Assembly (NCBI RefSeq): GCF_963921235.1
Contig: NC_086097.1
Coordinates: forward strand, 151,592,001-151,656,000
Direction of reading: 5' to 3'
DNA: 64,000 bases
Origin: Mobula hypostoma
Lineage: Eukaryota
Shown: positions 31,990-45,235 of the stretch, piece after piece
Layout: each line of letters begins with the position of its first letter
Position numbering within the stretch: position 1 is the stretch's first letter
Translations under genes and position numbers: made by a program
The notes under the pieces: generated by a model
What the model saw: the letters and a program-made list of their open reading frames with translations, nothing else
Databases searched by the model: none
Told to the model about the DNA's origin: nothing

Positions 31990-34450
31990 GACGTAGCCAA
32001 GCACAACCATTTCTCAGTTGCTAGGAAATTTCATACTATTCTCATGGCGTTTGGTATTGTGGCTTTCTAGAGATTTTCATAAATATTGCTGTGTAGGCCT
32101 GATTGTTTAATACTATTGTGTAGTGACTTTGGGATGAAACCAGTTGTTGATATTACTATTGGGGCAATGTATTTTATTTTCCTTTTTAAATTCAGTATAT
32201 TTCTGATGTGTTTCACTTATTGATTTCTGTATGTTATGTTTGTTTGGAATGGGTACATCTATTAAATTGTTCTTGCTTGCTTATCCTGTTTCATTATATC
32301 CAGACGATTATTATGGATTGTCCTATGTGTAATAACGGTTTGGTCATAATAAAATTTGTGGGACTCGTACTCTGAAACTGGATCAGACCTGCATTTATAG
32401 TAATGTATGTTTTTTTTATGAGTCTGTACTTTAAAGCAAGAATTTGGTGAATGATGTTTGCCACTTGATTGTGCCTGTGTAAGAAATCGGATTGAATTAA
32501 ACTTCTGCAGGAACCTATAATATGTTGGATTGTTTCTGGTTTCTCTTGGCATTTTCTACATTTATCATCTTGATTTTGTTGGTCTTTTATTATGTACTTT
32601 TGATCATTTTTTTTGTGTTAACCACCTGATCCTGTATTGCCACAAGCAACCCTCTGTTTCTGGGAAGAGGTCTCCAAATCTGAGCCAGGTATCTGACACA
32701 TCCTAGTCCTCTAGTCTGCTCAGGTCATGGGGTTGTCTTCCATGGGGTGTCATGCTCTTCCATTAGTTAACTTTTTCTTCAATAGTGATTATTTCTTCAT
32801 TTTTTCTGGGTTGTGCTCCCAATTAAGTTTAGTGGTGTGTGCTTTTTATCAGAATTGCATATGCCTGTATGGAATGCTGATTCCTATTTTTGTTGATGAA
32901 AATCTATCCTTAGAAATTTTATCTGTCATGTAATTTTTTGAAGTCTGTTATTCCTCTTCCTCCTTCTGACCTAGTTAATGCTCGGTCCTTAACTAGCATT
33001 AGTTAAGTTTGAGTGTACAAAATGTTTTTAAAAATTTGTCATTTCATTTCTTATTTTTCTTTGTAAATTTTCAGATCAGTGTTGGACCAAAATATTATTC
33101 CCAAAAGAATATGTTAATATGCGTGTAACACACTCAGAAAGGTTTCACTGCTAGCGTAATGGTTTTTCTGTAGAAGCAGTGTCTGGCTTATGGTTAGAGA
33201 TAACGGATGCTTTGGAATGTGAACCGGGCACTTTGTTCGGCGGGAGATGAAGAGGGAGGACGCTGGAGAGAACCAGTCGTAAGATTTGACCCGGAGAGGA
33301 CTGTGATTCAATGGAGCAAGGTGCTTCAGTCGACTGAGGATCGGTGAATATGACTTTTGGAAGAGTTGAGCTCCAACTTGTGCAGATTTGACTGTTTAAT
33401 TGTAATGGACACTTTTTGGTTTTTTCGTTTTATCTTTAATTCCTTTAATCATATGCAGTGTGCTGTCTGTTATTTCTTGGCACTGAGTTGTAATAGGGTA
33501 GCAAATTACACAGCATCCGCACAACCCGGGGTTTGGGGTGAAGAACCGTCTTAATCCCAAGGGTTTGGTAGGATTGCAGCATGTATTCCCTAGACTTACA
33601 CAGCCAAGGAAACCAGCGAGATTTCATGGGTATAGAGGAAGTGTTTATTGCCTTTTTTATATTTTTACTATTGAGCTCTGTTTGGCAGATTTTCTTAAGC
33701 ATTGAAGTAAATTCTGTGGATAGTTTTCACTTTATCGCACTATGATCTATTTTCTTTGCTTGTTAATATTCGAGATACTTATATGTTTCATACTCATCCA
33801 TCGGTTGTATTGTATCCTGCTGCTCTCTTTTATATTCTACTAGAGCTAGTGCACCTTTCTTTACATTTAACGTTCTGCACATACCTAGCTCATCTTATAT
33901 CTTTAGAAAATAGTTCTACTATTTGAATTAATTGCTTTAGCTTTACTAATGAAGGAAGGTATAATTTCAAATTGTCCACGTATAGAAGATCTGTCAAGGT
34001 ATAATCTGTTTTATTGTTTCTGATCTGAAACCCATGTTCATCTGATTCAGTAAATTCGAGAGCAGATTTAAAGCTAAACAAAACCATAGTGGGCTTAGAG
34101 AGCCACCCTAGAAAATACCAGTGTTTATTTTGATAATGGTGGTTGTTCTTTTATGGTGGTTAATAGATAGGGTGATTATAGTATGCCATTGCTTCATCAG
34201 ATATTAAAAGAATGTCTCAAGTATTGGGTGTAGATTATATATATTAAGAACCTCTATTAAGCATGAGTGTGGGACAAAGTCAAATGCTTTTGATAGTCAA
34301 TATAAGATTTCTGCTTTTCCACCGGGCTTGGTTTAGAATTACAGAATCTATTGACAGTTGTTATTTACATCCTTTCATACCCTTACAGCATCCTCTCTGC
34401 TCTTCTGTAAGTATATTGTGGTTATCTAAGTGAGAGGTGATTAGTTGCGA
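31990..34450 (-). mobile_element. Degenerate R4/Dong-clade (REL-endonuclease) non-LTR retrotransposon, split by a solo LTR
   Basis: EEQRGCCKGMKGCK; LLYVDNLKLY (YxDD remnant); AINTSSIP|ILTYSFG; CCHC knuckle CRKCQEKPETIQHIIGSC; REL motif YDQTVITHRTIHNNRLDI...DK. Confidence 0.85.
33124..33626 (+). mobile_element. Solo LTR (503 bp), related to 784-1373
   Basis: TGTAAC...TTTCA; TSD TGCG/TGGG (one mismatch); removal restores the R4 codons IP-ILTY; shares aaggtttcactgcta..gtaatgg with the 784 LTR. Confidence 0.85.
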
Positions 34451-34650
34451 GATGCTATTATTATTATTTTTTTCTTTCTTTTTGAATTTACACAGCTTGT
34501 CCTTTGCACGCGCATTATCCACCCTGTTGGTGCGGTCTTTCATTGATTCTATTATGGTTATCAGATTTATTGAGCATGCCTGCAAGAAAATGGAAATTAA
34601 TCTCAGGGTGGTATATGGTAACATTCATGTACTTTGAACTTTGAAATTTG
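34450..34650 (+). mobile_element. Rex1-type LINE 3' tail fragment
   Basis: gcaagaaaatg..tctcagggtggtatatgg...actttgaactttgaa; similar tails at about 38495-38590 and 61400-61520. Confidence 0.65.
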
Positions 34651-34744
34651 AAGTAGGAAAGACTTCCAATGATATGGCATTTTACATGACCCCAGGGCAA
34701 TGCGAAGGACTTTGTTTCCACATACTTATGAAGTGAATTTCTTA

Positions 34745-35033
34745 TTGAAAAGAATTTATTTAGCGATATAAGACTAGGCCCTTCTGGTTCTTCGAACTAC
34801 GCCACCCCAGCAACACCCAACAAACCCAAGTGACCCTAAGCTAATCACAAAACAATTTATAATAACCAACTAACCTGTACGTCTTTGGACTGTGGGAGGA
34901 AACTGCAGCTCCCAGGGAAAACCAATGTATCCCATGCAGAGAACAAACAGATGGCACCAGAACTGAACTCTGAACTTGGGAATGCCCCAAGCTCTAATAG
35001 TGATGTGCTATCTGCTACGCCACCGCGGCGCCC
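34745..35033 (-). mobile_element. tRNA-derived SINE with V-SINE-like core
   Basis: Minus-strand head ggtggcgtagcagatag (A-box-like) and gttcagttc (B-box-like); core tttcctcccacagtccaaagacgtac. Confidence 0.75.
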
Positions 35034-35214
35034 AGTAATAGAAGTGATGCACAAACAACCACATCATATTGATCAGGTGAGTGACGTTAGTCAAAAGAAA
35101 CATATTGAGCATGAGACTGTGTAGAGACTCACTTAAAATTAGTGTTTGGGGACCTTTTAAATCCACTTAATAGTGTAGAGGACATCAGTTCAACACAGAG
35201 GCCCATGAGCCAGT

Positions 35215-35492
35215 CCCCATCAGGGTATCGGAGGTGGCGAAAGTCTGCAACTTTAATTTACTCGACATGATCATTCTGAAGTATCAATCCAGGGTCCAGC
35301 ATACATCTGCCATTACAAAGAAGGCCCTGCAGCACCTTGACTGTCCTAGAAGTTTGTACAGATTTGACATGTCCTTTAAAACTTTGAAAATCTTCTCTAG
35401 ATGTGTGGTGGTGAGTATACTGACTGGTTGCAACATGACCTGGTATGGAAACACCAATGCTCTTCAATGGAAAAAAAAACTACAAAATGTAG
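35215..35492 (+). mobile_element. Rex1/Babar LINE fragment
   Basis: RCVVVSILTGCNMTWYGNTNA. Confidence 0.75.
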
Positions 35493-35496
35493 AGGA

Positions 35497-37655
35497 TTAT
35501 AAACACGAGAAATTTTGCATTTGCCGGAAATCCAAAACAACACACAAAAAGTGCTGGAGGAACTCACGGAAATGAATAAACGGTCGTCTTTTCGGGCTGA
35601 GACCCTTCTTCAGGACAGGGAAGGATGGGGGAAGACACTAGAATAAGAAGGTGGAGGGAATGGAGGGAGGGGAAGGAGGATTGCTAGAAGGTGATAGGTG
35701 AAGCCAGGTGGGTAGAAAGGTAAAGGGCTGGAAAGGAAAGAATCTGATAGGAGAGGAGTGTGGACCACAGGAGAAAAGGAAGGAGGAGGTGACCCAGAGG
35801 GAAGTGATAAGCAGGTGAGAAGAGATAAGAGGCCAGAGTGGGGAATAGAAAAAGAGGGGAGAGGGAGGGAAGAATTTTTTTCTTTACCAGAAGGAGAAAT
35901 TGATATTCATGCCATCAGGTTGGAGGCTAACCAGATGGAATATAAAACGTTGCTCCTCCACCCTGAGAGTGGACTCATCGTGATACAAAAGGAGGTCATG
36001 GACTGTCCTGCCAGAACGGGAAAGGCAATTGAAATCAAAATGTTTGTTCACTGGGAATTTCCACTTTTGGGGAATGGAGCAGAGGCGCTCAACGAAGAGG
36101 TCCCCCAATTTATCATGGGTCTCACTAATGTAGAGGAGACTACGTCGGGAGGACTGGATGCTAGAGCAACCCCAGCAGATCCATAGGTGAGGACTGCTTG
36201 GGCCCTGAATCGAGGTGAGGGAGGACATGTATGCACAAGTGTGGCCGCCTGCAGGGATAAGTGCCAGGAGAGAGATTACTGGGGAGGGTCAAATGGACAA
36301 GGGAATCATGGAGGGAGGGACCCCGGCAGAAAGTGGAGAGAAGGAGGGATGTAAAGTTATGTTTGGTGGTAGGATGCCTTTGGAGATGGTGACAGCTGCA
36401 GAGAATGATGTGTTGAATGCAAAGGCTCATGGGGTGGCAGGTAGGAAAATAGAAACTCTATCACTTTTAAGGTGGCGGGAAGATGGGGTGAGTGTGGATA
36501 TTTAGGAAATAGAGGAGATATGGATGAGGGCACCATCAATAGTGGAGGAAGGAAAGCCCTGTCCTTTGAAGAAAGAGCAAATCGCTGACGTCCTGGAAAG
36601 GAAAGCTGTGTCCTGGGAACAGATGAGGCGGAGACGAAGGAAATGAGAAAAAGGAATAGGATTTTTACAGGAGAAAGTGTGGGAAGAGGTATAGTCAAAA
36701 TAACCATGGGAATTGGGAGGTTTTTTAAAAGATGTTGGTCAAAAGTTGGTCTCCAGAGCTAGAGAGAGAGAGATCGAGAAAGGGGTAGGAGGTATCAGAG
36801 CTGATCCATGTCAATTCAAGGGCAGAGTGGAAGTTGAGGCAAAGTTGAAATTGACATGCTCAGCATGGGTTCACGATGCAGCACCAATACAGATGTCAAT
36901 GTAGTGGAGTAAGAGTTGGGGAGTATTATCAGGGAAAGCTTGGAACATGCACTGCCAACAAAAAGGCAGGGCATGTCTGAGATCCATGCGGGTGCCCATG
37001 GCTAGCCGCTGAGTCTGGAGAAAGTGGGAGGATGAGGACCAGTTCTGTCAGATGGAGGAGGGTGGTGGTGGAGGGAACTCGTTGGTTCTTTTATTGAGAA
37101 AGAGGTGGGGAGTTTTAAGGCCTTTTTGACAGGGATAGAAGTGTACGGGGATTGGAAATGAGGTAGTCAGGACTATGGAATTGAAAGTTAGTGAAGAGAT
37201 CGAGAGCATGAGAATTGTTGTGGATATAGGTGGGAAGGGACTGAACCAAGGGGGATAGAATGGAGTCGAGGTATGAGGACATGAGTTAAGTGGGGCAGTA
37301 GCAGGCAGAGACAATGGGCCTACCCGGACAGTCAGGTTCATGGATCTTGGGTAGCAGGGAGAAATGAGCAATGGGTCTATGAATTTGGTGGCAGTGGGTG
37401 GGAGCTTTCCAGAGCTGAAGAAGTCAGTGATGGTTTACTGATGGTCCAGAGTGGGATCTTCTTCAAGGGTTAGGTATGAGGAGGTGTCTGAGCACCCGCT
37501 TGGTCTCAACAAGGTAGTGGTTAGTCTGCCACACTACAACAGTACCCCCTTTGTATGCGGGTTTGGTGGTACGTTTGGGATTGGTGCAGAGAGTGTGGAG
37601 GGGAGTTCATTCAGAAGGAGTAAGGTTCGAGGAGGAGAGAGTCAAGCCATTTGAA
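35497..37655 (-). mobile_element. Degenerate PLE (most of RT, GIY-YIG and terminal repeat)
   Basis: LYISETHDKLGDLFVERL and LQPDGMNINFS; hammerhead remnant at 35581-35618. Confidence 0.88.
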
Positions 37656-37689
37656 GTCCAGTCGGCTCTTTGAACTGAAAAGATCCAGA

Positions 37690-38205
37690 GCAGGCAGAGA
37701 ACCAGAGTGGGCTGTCCAAGAAGAGGAGGAGTGGATATGACCCAGTCCATCACAGGTAAAGCCCTCCCTGCCAGTGAACACATCTCCATGGAACATTGTC
37801 CAGGAAAGCAGTATCATCTAGGGCCCCCAACATCCATGTCACCCTCTCCTCTCACTGTTGCCATCAAGAAAGAGGTACAGGAATCTCAAGTCCCACACCA
37901 CCAGGCACAGGAACAGGTATTACCACCCAACCATCGGGCTCTTGAACCAGCGGGGATAACTTCAATCACCCCAATACTGAACTGATTCCAAAAACTGCGG
38001 ACTTAATTTAAAAGACTCTACAACTCGTGTTCTCGATATTTATTGTTCTTTTTTCTTTTCTTTTTGTATTTGCACAACTTGTTGTCTTTTGCACACTGGG
38101 TGTTTGTCCATCTCTGTTGTGTGCGGTTTTTCATTGATTCCATTGTGTTTGCATTTATTTATTTATTCATTTGTCTGCCTGCCTGTTTGTTTATTTATTT
38201 ATTGG
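37690..38205 (+). mobile_element. Rex1/Babar LINE 3' end
   Basis: VDMTQSITGKALPASEHI; 3' UTR shared with 31700-31960. Confidence 0.75.
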
Positions 38206-38492
38206 TTTGTTTGTTTATTTACTGAGCTACAGCGCAGAATAGGGCCTTCTGGCCCTTCAAGCCACACAGCCCAACAATCCCCCTGAATCTTTAATTCGAG
38301 CCGAATCATGGGACAGTTTACAATGCTCAACCGGTACGTCTTTCGAATGTGGGAGGAAAATGCAACACCTGGAGGAAACCCACACAGTCATAGGGAGAAT
38401 GTACAAATCCCTTACAGGCAGTGGTGAGAATTGAACTTGTAACACTGGTACCGTGAAGCATTGTGCTAACCACTATGTTACCGTGACACCCC
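38205..38492 (-). mobile_element. V-SINE-like element
   Basis: Core gtgtgggtttcctccaggtg...tttcctcccacattcgaaagacgtacc and tRNA-like head on the minus strand. Confidence 0.75.
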
Positions 38493-38874
38493 ATTATTTA
38501 CTGTGAGTGTCTGCAAGAAAATGAATCTTGGTGGTATATGGCAACATACAGTATATGTACTTCGATAATACATTTACTTTGAACTTTGAACTCAAGTGAA
38601 AGATGGCACTAGCTACAATACTGCACTCTCTTAATATTCTGCTGAAATAGCTTAGCTTTTGCAATCCATTTTCTGAAGTAAGACTTGAGAGATCACTACT
38701 GTCTGTGTCTGTGGTAGCCTTGAACCACACCTGACATATGGTAGTTTTCCAGACCGCACCAGAGACATATATAGAAAGAGAAAAATTTTGCTTTTTTTTT
38801 TGACTGTACTAAGCCAGATGGTCTTGCCAAGAGAAATAATGAGGCTTCAGTACTCCAGGATGATAAGGGAAACT

Positions 38875-39115
38875 TGTAGTGTATTCAATAATTCAGTAAT
38901 ATTTGAGTGATAATATATACATTGTTCGACTAAGCATTCTTTGTTTGCTTACATAATTCATTACAGGTTATATGTAAAAGCACATGAATGGCATATGTCA
39001 TTATGCCATCACGTCATATGTGCGTGCCTCACTAAAAAAGAAAAACTATTTTATGAAGTATTCCGGGCTGCTGTGATTTCCTTTTGATTAGTTTCGAGAG
39101 TTTAAAAACGTAACA
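38875..39115. mobile_element. Candidate short solo LTR (241 bp)
   Basis: TGT...ACA termini; 5-bp TSD AAACT/CAACT (one mismatch). Confidence 0.6.
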
Positions 39116-40669
39116 CAACTTACTGGAGATTGCTGCTTCTAATCACTTCCCAGCAACTCAACTCATACATCTCTGAAATCACCTTTGTTGCTAACCTCTG
39201 TTCCTTGTGTAATGCTCTCCTGATAGAGGTGATCTCAGAAGCACATCTCTCTCCTCTTATCTGCTAATCAGTTTTCATGATGGCAAGAATTAGTTTTGTG
39301 AGATGAGCTCAGGTTCCAGCTGTGACCATAAGAGCTTTAACCTTACAAGCTCCAGATCACAGAGGGCATGTAGAAGGGGAACTGTTTATGATTAATCTCA
39401 TATTACCTCATCGTCACTTAAGTGAAGGACTGACTGTAACTATCTCTTAATCAGTGTACACATCCTAGAGTGATAAAAACTAATCCTACAATGTTAATAT
39501 CTACATTAAATATACCTCTGCTTAATAATCTTTCTGTTACAGTGAATCATTATCTTAAATCTTCCATAAAGGCTTAATGGGTTGGATAAAAACAATAATA
39601 GTTGATCAACAGTCTGTTGAAGAAATGACCTCAATGTACGAAATGACCTTTTCACTTTGCATATTGTATTAAATGTTCTTGTGTGCCGTTGTTAATGGTT
39701 CTTTTACCCATTTATTGTTGCTCTAGGTAGCTATTAATAAAGTACATTAGCTTTTGCTTTCTGGCACTAAGTACTGACATATGTCTGTGATCACTGAGCT
39801 GGAAGTCTAACAGTGATGGCCACAGCCAAATTGCCAATATATTGATGATAGGAGAGAGATAGTGAAAAGTTATAGAGAATTATCTTTATAGTCATCAGAG
39901 AGCTGTAGCTATCAATTTTCATATAAATATAATTCTGCATATGGAACCTTGTTAAAGGGAATTTTACTTGTTTCAAATTGATCCACTGTTTTAACATTTA
40001 TCTGCAATATTTAGCAGTGAATGAGCATTTGTTAGTAATGTTCTACTTTTTGCTTTATTGACTGAAAAATTGCAGACTTATAAATATCTAAAGTCATTGG
40101 ATCACTCAGAAAGAGAGGAAAGGAAGTAATAGTAGAAGGAAGAAGAGTCCTTGTTTTGAATTTTTCCCAGGGATGTAACAGAGGAGTTTGAAAGAAAGGA
40201 GGTAGCTCTATAGAATGTGCTAGAATACATTACATAGTGCATGGGTTGTGAGTGGTCTATCCTTCTCTCACCTGTGGCTATCACCAGACTGCTGTTCCGT
40301 GTGCTTCTATAAAACCAACAGGCAACTGGAAGATTCAAACCTTTCCCTATCTTTACTGCTGTCTATTGAGAAAAGCAAGGGGTATGCTTATGGAGTTTAT
40401 TTATCATATAACTGTAAAATATCACAATGGATTATCTTGAAATGTTGTGACTGTAGAGAGGTAAATTAGAAATCAGACAACAACACATCAAGCAAAATGG
40501 CTCTATTGAAACTATTCGTCATTTTACCCCTTTCTAAGAGAACAGCTTGATGCTACACCTCACAAATTTCCCTTGAGGCATGTTCAAGCATGGATTAAGT
40601 ACAAAACTGTGTCATTCCTAAATTCACTGTGCTGATATTTCATTTGCTGGTGAATCCAAAAGTGTATTT

Positions 40670-41990
40670 ACTTAATTTATTATTTTGGGGATTTGGGCAT
40701 CATTTGCAAAGTTAGTATTTCTTGCCCATATTTTTTTTTGCTTTAAAAGATGGTACTAAGTTGCCTTCTTGAACTATTTCTCATGAGTTGCCTCTAAAAT
40801 GTTCATGCATAGGGAGTCCCAGAATTTAGACACAGTAAAGAGGAAGGATTGATGCTACATTTCCAGGTCAGGGTAGTGTGTGACTTTGAGGAGAAACAGC
40901 ATGATGTGGTGTTCCTGTGTCCCTTTGGTCTTACACTGCAGCTGCTGTGCACCAGTGGTATAGGAAGTGAATAGTGTGGAATGGTGATTGAGATACCAGT
41001 CAGGTTACTTTGCCTTGGATGGTGTCAAGATTCTTGAGTATTGTTGGAATTATATTCATTCTAGCAAGTGAAGAATACTTCAACGTAGCCCAGACCTGCC
41101 TTGGTGAATGCTTGGAACATAGGCAAGCGGATCACTTGACAGAGTATCATCAGCCACTGACCTGCCCTTCTCACTGTACCATGTAGATATTGGTAAGTCC
41201 AGTTGAGTTTCTGTTCAATACTCATCCCCAAGACATTGACGATGGTGAACCTAGGAGATGGTGATGCTGTTAAATATCAAAGATAGTCAATTAGATTCTT
41301 GCTAAAGATGTTTGCTGCCTGGAAATTCTGTTGCATAAATCTGACTTCCTACTTATTAATCCATGCTATAATATGTATCACCCTGGGAAAGGTTTCACTG
41401 CTTAAGTAATGGGTTTTTGGTTAGAAGTAATGTTAGAGATAATGGATGCTTTGGAATGTAAGCAGGGTCCTTTGTTCAGGGGGAAATGAAGAGAGAAGAC
41501 GGTGGAGAGAACTGGTCGTAGGATTTGACCCAACAAGCCTATCCACCTTTCCTTGTGCAAGGTGCACCTAACCTCTGCGTCCCTCTCGATGTCACTTGTC
41601 CCCAAGTTCTTTGACACAGTCAAAAAATGCCTAGATATAAAGGACAGTTTATTTCACATCAACTCCAGAATCCAGCTGTTTGGAGAAAGGCTGTGATGAA
41701 TTCTGGAGTTGGGTACACTGGGAATCAATGAGTAGGTTACTGTGCTGCTTGAGAGCAGTGTCAGTGACAGGTTCCATCTCCTTGCTGATGAATAAGAGCA
41801 GATTGACTGAGCAGAAATTAACCAGATTGAATTTACCTTACACTGCATCAACAACATATTTCTGTAAAAAAATTCACGTTACTGGGTTCATGCCAGTGTT
41901 GTAGTTGGTTGGAAAACCCTGGCTGATTGTGCAGCTACTTCTGGAGCACAGATCCTCGATACCAGATCTTAGATATGAGGCCCAAGAAGA
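40670..41990 (-). mobile_element. Old LINE (CR1/L2-type) RT 3' region, interrupted at about 41374-41650
   Basis: 40680-40980 aligns by eye with 63760-64000 (gccttcttgaac; tttcca.gtcag..t.gtg.gtgactt.gag). Confidence 0.6.
41374..41531 (+). mobile_element. 5' fragment of the LTR family seen at 33124
   Basis: tgtatcac..gaaaggtttcactgct...ggatgctttggaatgt...gatttgaccc matches 33124-33293. Confidence 0.8.
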
Positions 41991-42532
41991 TGGTAGGTAA
42001 AGACATAACTGGCAATAGAACAGAATTATATGATTTGATTAAATTGACTTAGGGGGAGACTCATGCAGAGCATGACCACTGTTTCAGTGCTGTAAATTCT
42101 ATGTTCTACTAGGATTAAAGCAACACTCAGAGATATTGTGCAAGGACTCTGAAAATGAAAGAAACAAAAAATGCTCCAGGAAGCTTTCCACCCTCTGCAC
42201 ATCACTCAGTTTTGCAATACTGTCAACTTGGCTTTGAAAACGATCAATAAAATCCTCTAAATTATGTGGTTATAAAGGATTTCACCACCTTTTTTTTATT
42301 TTTTACAATCACATCTGAGACATGAATCCATCACACAAAACTAATTTTTGCCATGATGAAACTTCATTAGCTGGTGAGGAGAAACAACTTCTATCAAGCG
42401 GTGTCAGAAAAGGGACGGAGGAGAGGAATGATGGAAATTTTCATTTGCAGACATTTGTTATGAAAACCTATTATGGAAGTTAGTCTGGTTTTCTTTTGAA
42501 AGAAAAGATTTTGGGATGACAAAATGACAAAA

Positions 42533-43712
42533 TGGTCTACGCCCACCTGGACAAGCCAGCGAGCACTGTGAGGGTCATGTTTTTTGACTTCTCCAGTGCG
42601 TTCAACACCATCCGCCCTGCTCTGCTGGGGGAGAGGCCGACAACGATGCAGGTGGATGCTTTCCTGGTGTCATGGATTCTTGATTACCTGACTGGCAGAC
42701 CACAGTACATGTGCTTGCAACAGTGTGTGTCCGACACAGTGATTAGCAGCACTGGGGCTCCACAGGGGACTGTCTTGTCTCCCTTTCTCTTCACCATTTA
42801 CACCTCGGACTTCAACTACTGCACAGAGTCTTGTCATCTTCAGAAGTTTTTGGATGACTCTGCCATAGTTGGATGCATCAGCAAGGGAGGTGAGGCTGAG
42901 TACGGGGCTACGGTAGGAAACTTTGTCACATGGTGTGAGCAGAATTATCTGCAGCTTAATGTGAAAAAGATTAAGGAGCTGGTGGTAGACCTGTGGGGAG
43001 CTAAGGTACCGGTGACCCCTGTTTGCATCCAGGGGGTCAGTGTGGACATGGTGGAGGATTACAAATACCTGGGGATACAAATTGACAATAAACTGGACTG
43101 GTCAAAGAACACTGAGGCTGTCTACAAGAATGGTCAGAGCGGTCTCTATTTTCTGAGGAGACTGAGGTCCTTTAACATCTGCCGGATGATGCTGAGGATG
43201 TTCTACGAGTCTGTGGTGACCAGTGCTATCATGTTTGCTGTTGTGTGCTGGGGCAGCAGGCTGAGGGTAGCAGACACCAACAGGATCAACAAACTCATTC
43301 GTAAGGCCAGTGATGTTGTGGGGATGGAACTGGACTCTGACGGTGGTGTCTGAAAAGAGGATGCTGTCCAAGTTGCAAGCCATCTTGGACAATGTCTCCC
43401 ATCCACTACATAATGTACTGGTTCGGCACAGGAGTACATTCAGCCAGAGACTCATTCCACCGAGATGCAACACAGAGCGTCATAGGAAGTCACTCCTGCC
43501 TGTGGCCATCAAACTTTACAACTCCTCCCTTGGAGGGTCAGACACCCTGAACCAATAGGCTGGTGCTGGACTTATTTCCTGGCATAATTTACATATTACT
43601 ATTTGACTATTTATGGTTTTATTACTATTTATTATTTATGGAGCAACTGTAACGAAAATCCAATTTCCCCCGGGATCAATAAAGTATGACTATGACTATG
43701 ACTATGACTATG
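42533..43712 (+). mobile_element. Fairly young 5'-truncated Rex1/Babar LINE
   Basis: 273-aa RT ORF (FFDFSSAFNTI, GAPQGTVLSP, FLDD, YKYLG), one frameshift near 43330, AATAAA then (TATGAC)n tail at 43685-43712. Confidence 0.92.
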
Positions 43713-44069
43713 AAAATAAACATTGAGATCGTGAACTAAACTGATTCATGTGGCAGTGGTGGCTTCAAATGCCAACAGACATGAGTTCAAGAATAACAAA
43801 ACTGGAAATGAAGGGAAAACCTGGCTGAAATTTTTTTACCTAAAATAATTTGAAATAAGTTATCTATTATACTGGGTGCAAAGGAGATTTATGAAACAAT
43901 TAAAAGTATCTGTAGAAATGCAAAGTTTTTCAGCATTTCCTTCTTTGTTTTGAGCACCAGTATCTTGTGTAATTGCCTGCTCAGCATCTAATTTATAATT
44001 TTCAGGCCGATTATATTACTTCTTCATTACATGTAAAGAAATACACAATATTAAAACAAATTAATTTTG

Positions 44070-44293
44070 GAAAAATACATGAGGCTAAAATCTGATAAAT
44101 GTCAGGATCTGATGGCTTGAATCCAAAGAGTTAGCAGTGGAGACAGTGGATGCACCTGTCATCTTCCATAGATTCCCACTGATTTGGGGAACCCTGCTGT
44201 TAAGGAATGAGCAGGGAGAAAGTAGAAATTATAGCTTCAGATTCTTTGACATCAGAGGAACAGAAAATGATGAAATCTATGATTAAGGAAGTA
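44070..44293 (+). mobile_element. Old CR1 fragment; continues about 45440-46340
   Basis: gataaatgtcaggatctgatggcttgaatcc (DKSPGPDG remnant); later gatgtgatgtatttggatttt (DV.YLDF). Confidence 0.6.
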
Positions 44294-44300
44294 GCAATTT

Positions 44301-45235
44301 CAATAGAAACATAGAAACATAGAAAACCTACAGTACAATACAGGCCCTTCGGCCCACAAAGTTGTGCCAAACATGTCCTTACCTTAGAAATTACTAGGCT
44401 TACCCATAGCCCTCTATTTTTCTAAGCTCCATGTACCTACCCAAAAGTCTCTTAAAAGACCCTATCGTATCCGCCTCCACCATCATTGCCGGCAGCCCAT
44501 TCCACGCACTCACTGCTCTCTGAGTAAAAAACTTACCTCGACATCTCCTCTATACCTACTCCCCAGCACCTTAAACCTGTCTCCTCTTGTGGTAACCATT
44601 TCAGCCCTGGGAAAAAGCCTCTGACTATCCACACAATCAATGCCTCTTATCATCTTATACACCTCTATCAGGTCACCTCTCATGCTCCGTCGCTCCAAGG
44701 AGAAAAGGCTGAGTTCACTCAACCTGATTTCATAAGGCATGCTCCCCAATCCAGACAACTTCCTTGTAAATCTCCTCTGCACCCTTTCTATGGCTTTCAC
44801 ATCCTTCCTGTAGTAAGCTGACCAGAACTGAGCACAGTACTCCAAGTGGGGTTTGACCAGGGTCCTATATAGCTGCAACCTTACCTCTCGGCTCCTAAGT
44901 TCAATTCCACGATTGATGAAGGCCAATACACCGTATGCCTTCTTAACCGCAGAGTCAACCTGCACAGCTGCTTTGAGTGACCTATGGGCTCGGACCCCAA
45001 GACCCCTCTGATCCTTCACACTGCTAAGAGTCTTACCATTAATACTATATTCTGCCATTGTATTTGACCTACCAAAATGAACCACTTCACACTTATCTGG
45101 CTTGAACTCCATCTGCCCAGTTTTGCATCCTATCAATGTCCCACTGTAACCTCTGACAGCCCTCCACACTATCCACAACACCTCCAACCTTTGTGTCATC
45201 AGCAAACTTACTAACCCATCCCTCCACTTCCTCAT
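44301..45235 (-). mobile_element. 5'-truncated CR1 LINE
   Basis: (ATAGAAAC)n tail; RT C-terminal ORF 44510-45235; TSD GCAATTT (44294-44300 and 45236-45242). Confidence 0.92.

Noticed and set aside
34960..35033. tRNA-like A/B boxes
   Set aside because: SINE head, not a complete tRNA cloverleaf
40150..40206. Small exon-like segment cccag|GGATGTAACAGAGGAG...|gtagct
   Set aside because: Resembles the CR1 FFEDVT..VD motif; more likely an ancient LINE remnant, and the donor is weak
43685..43712. Short tandem arrays as CRISPR-like repeats
   Set aside because: No spacers; these are LINE tails in eukaryotic DNA
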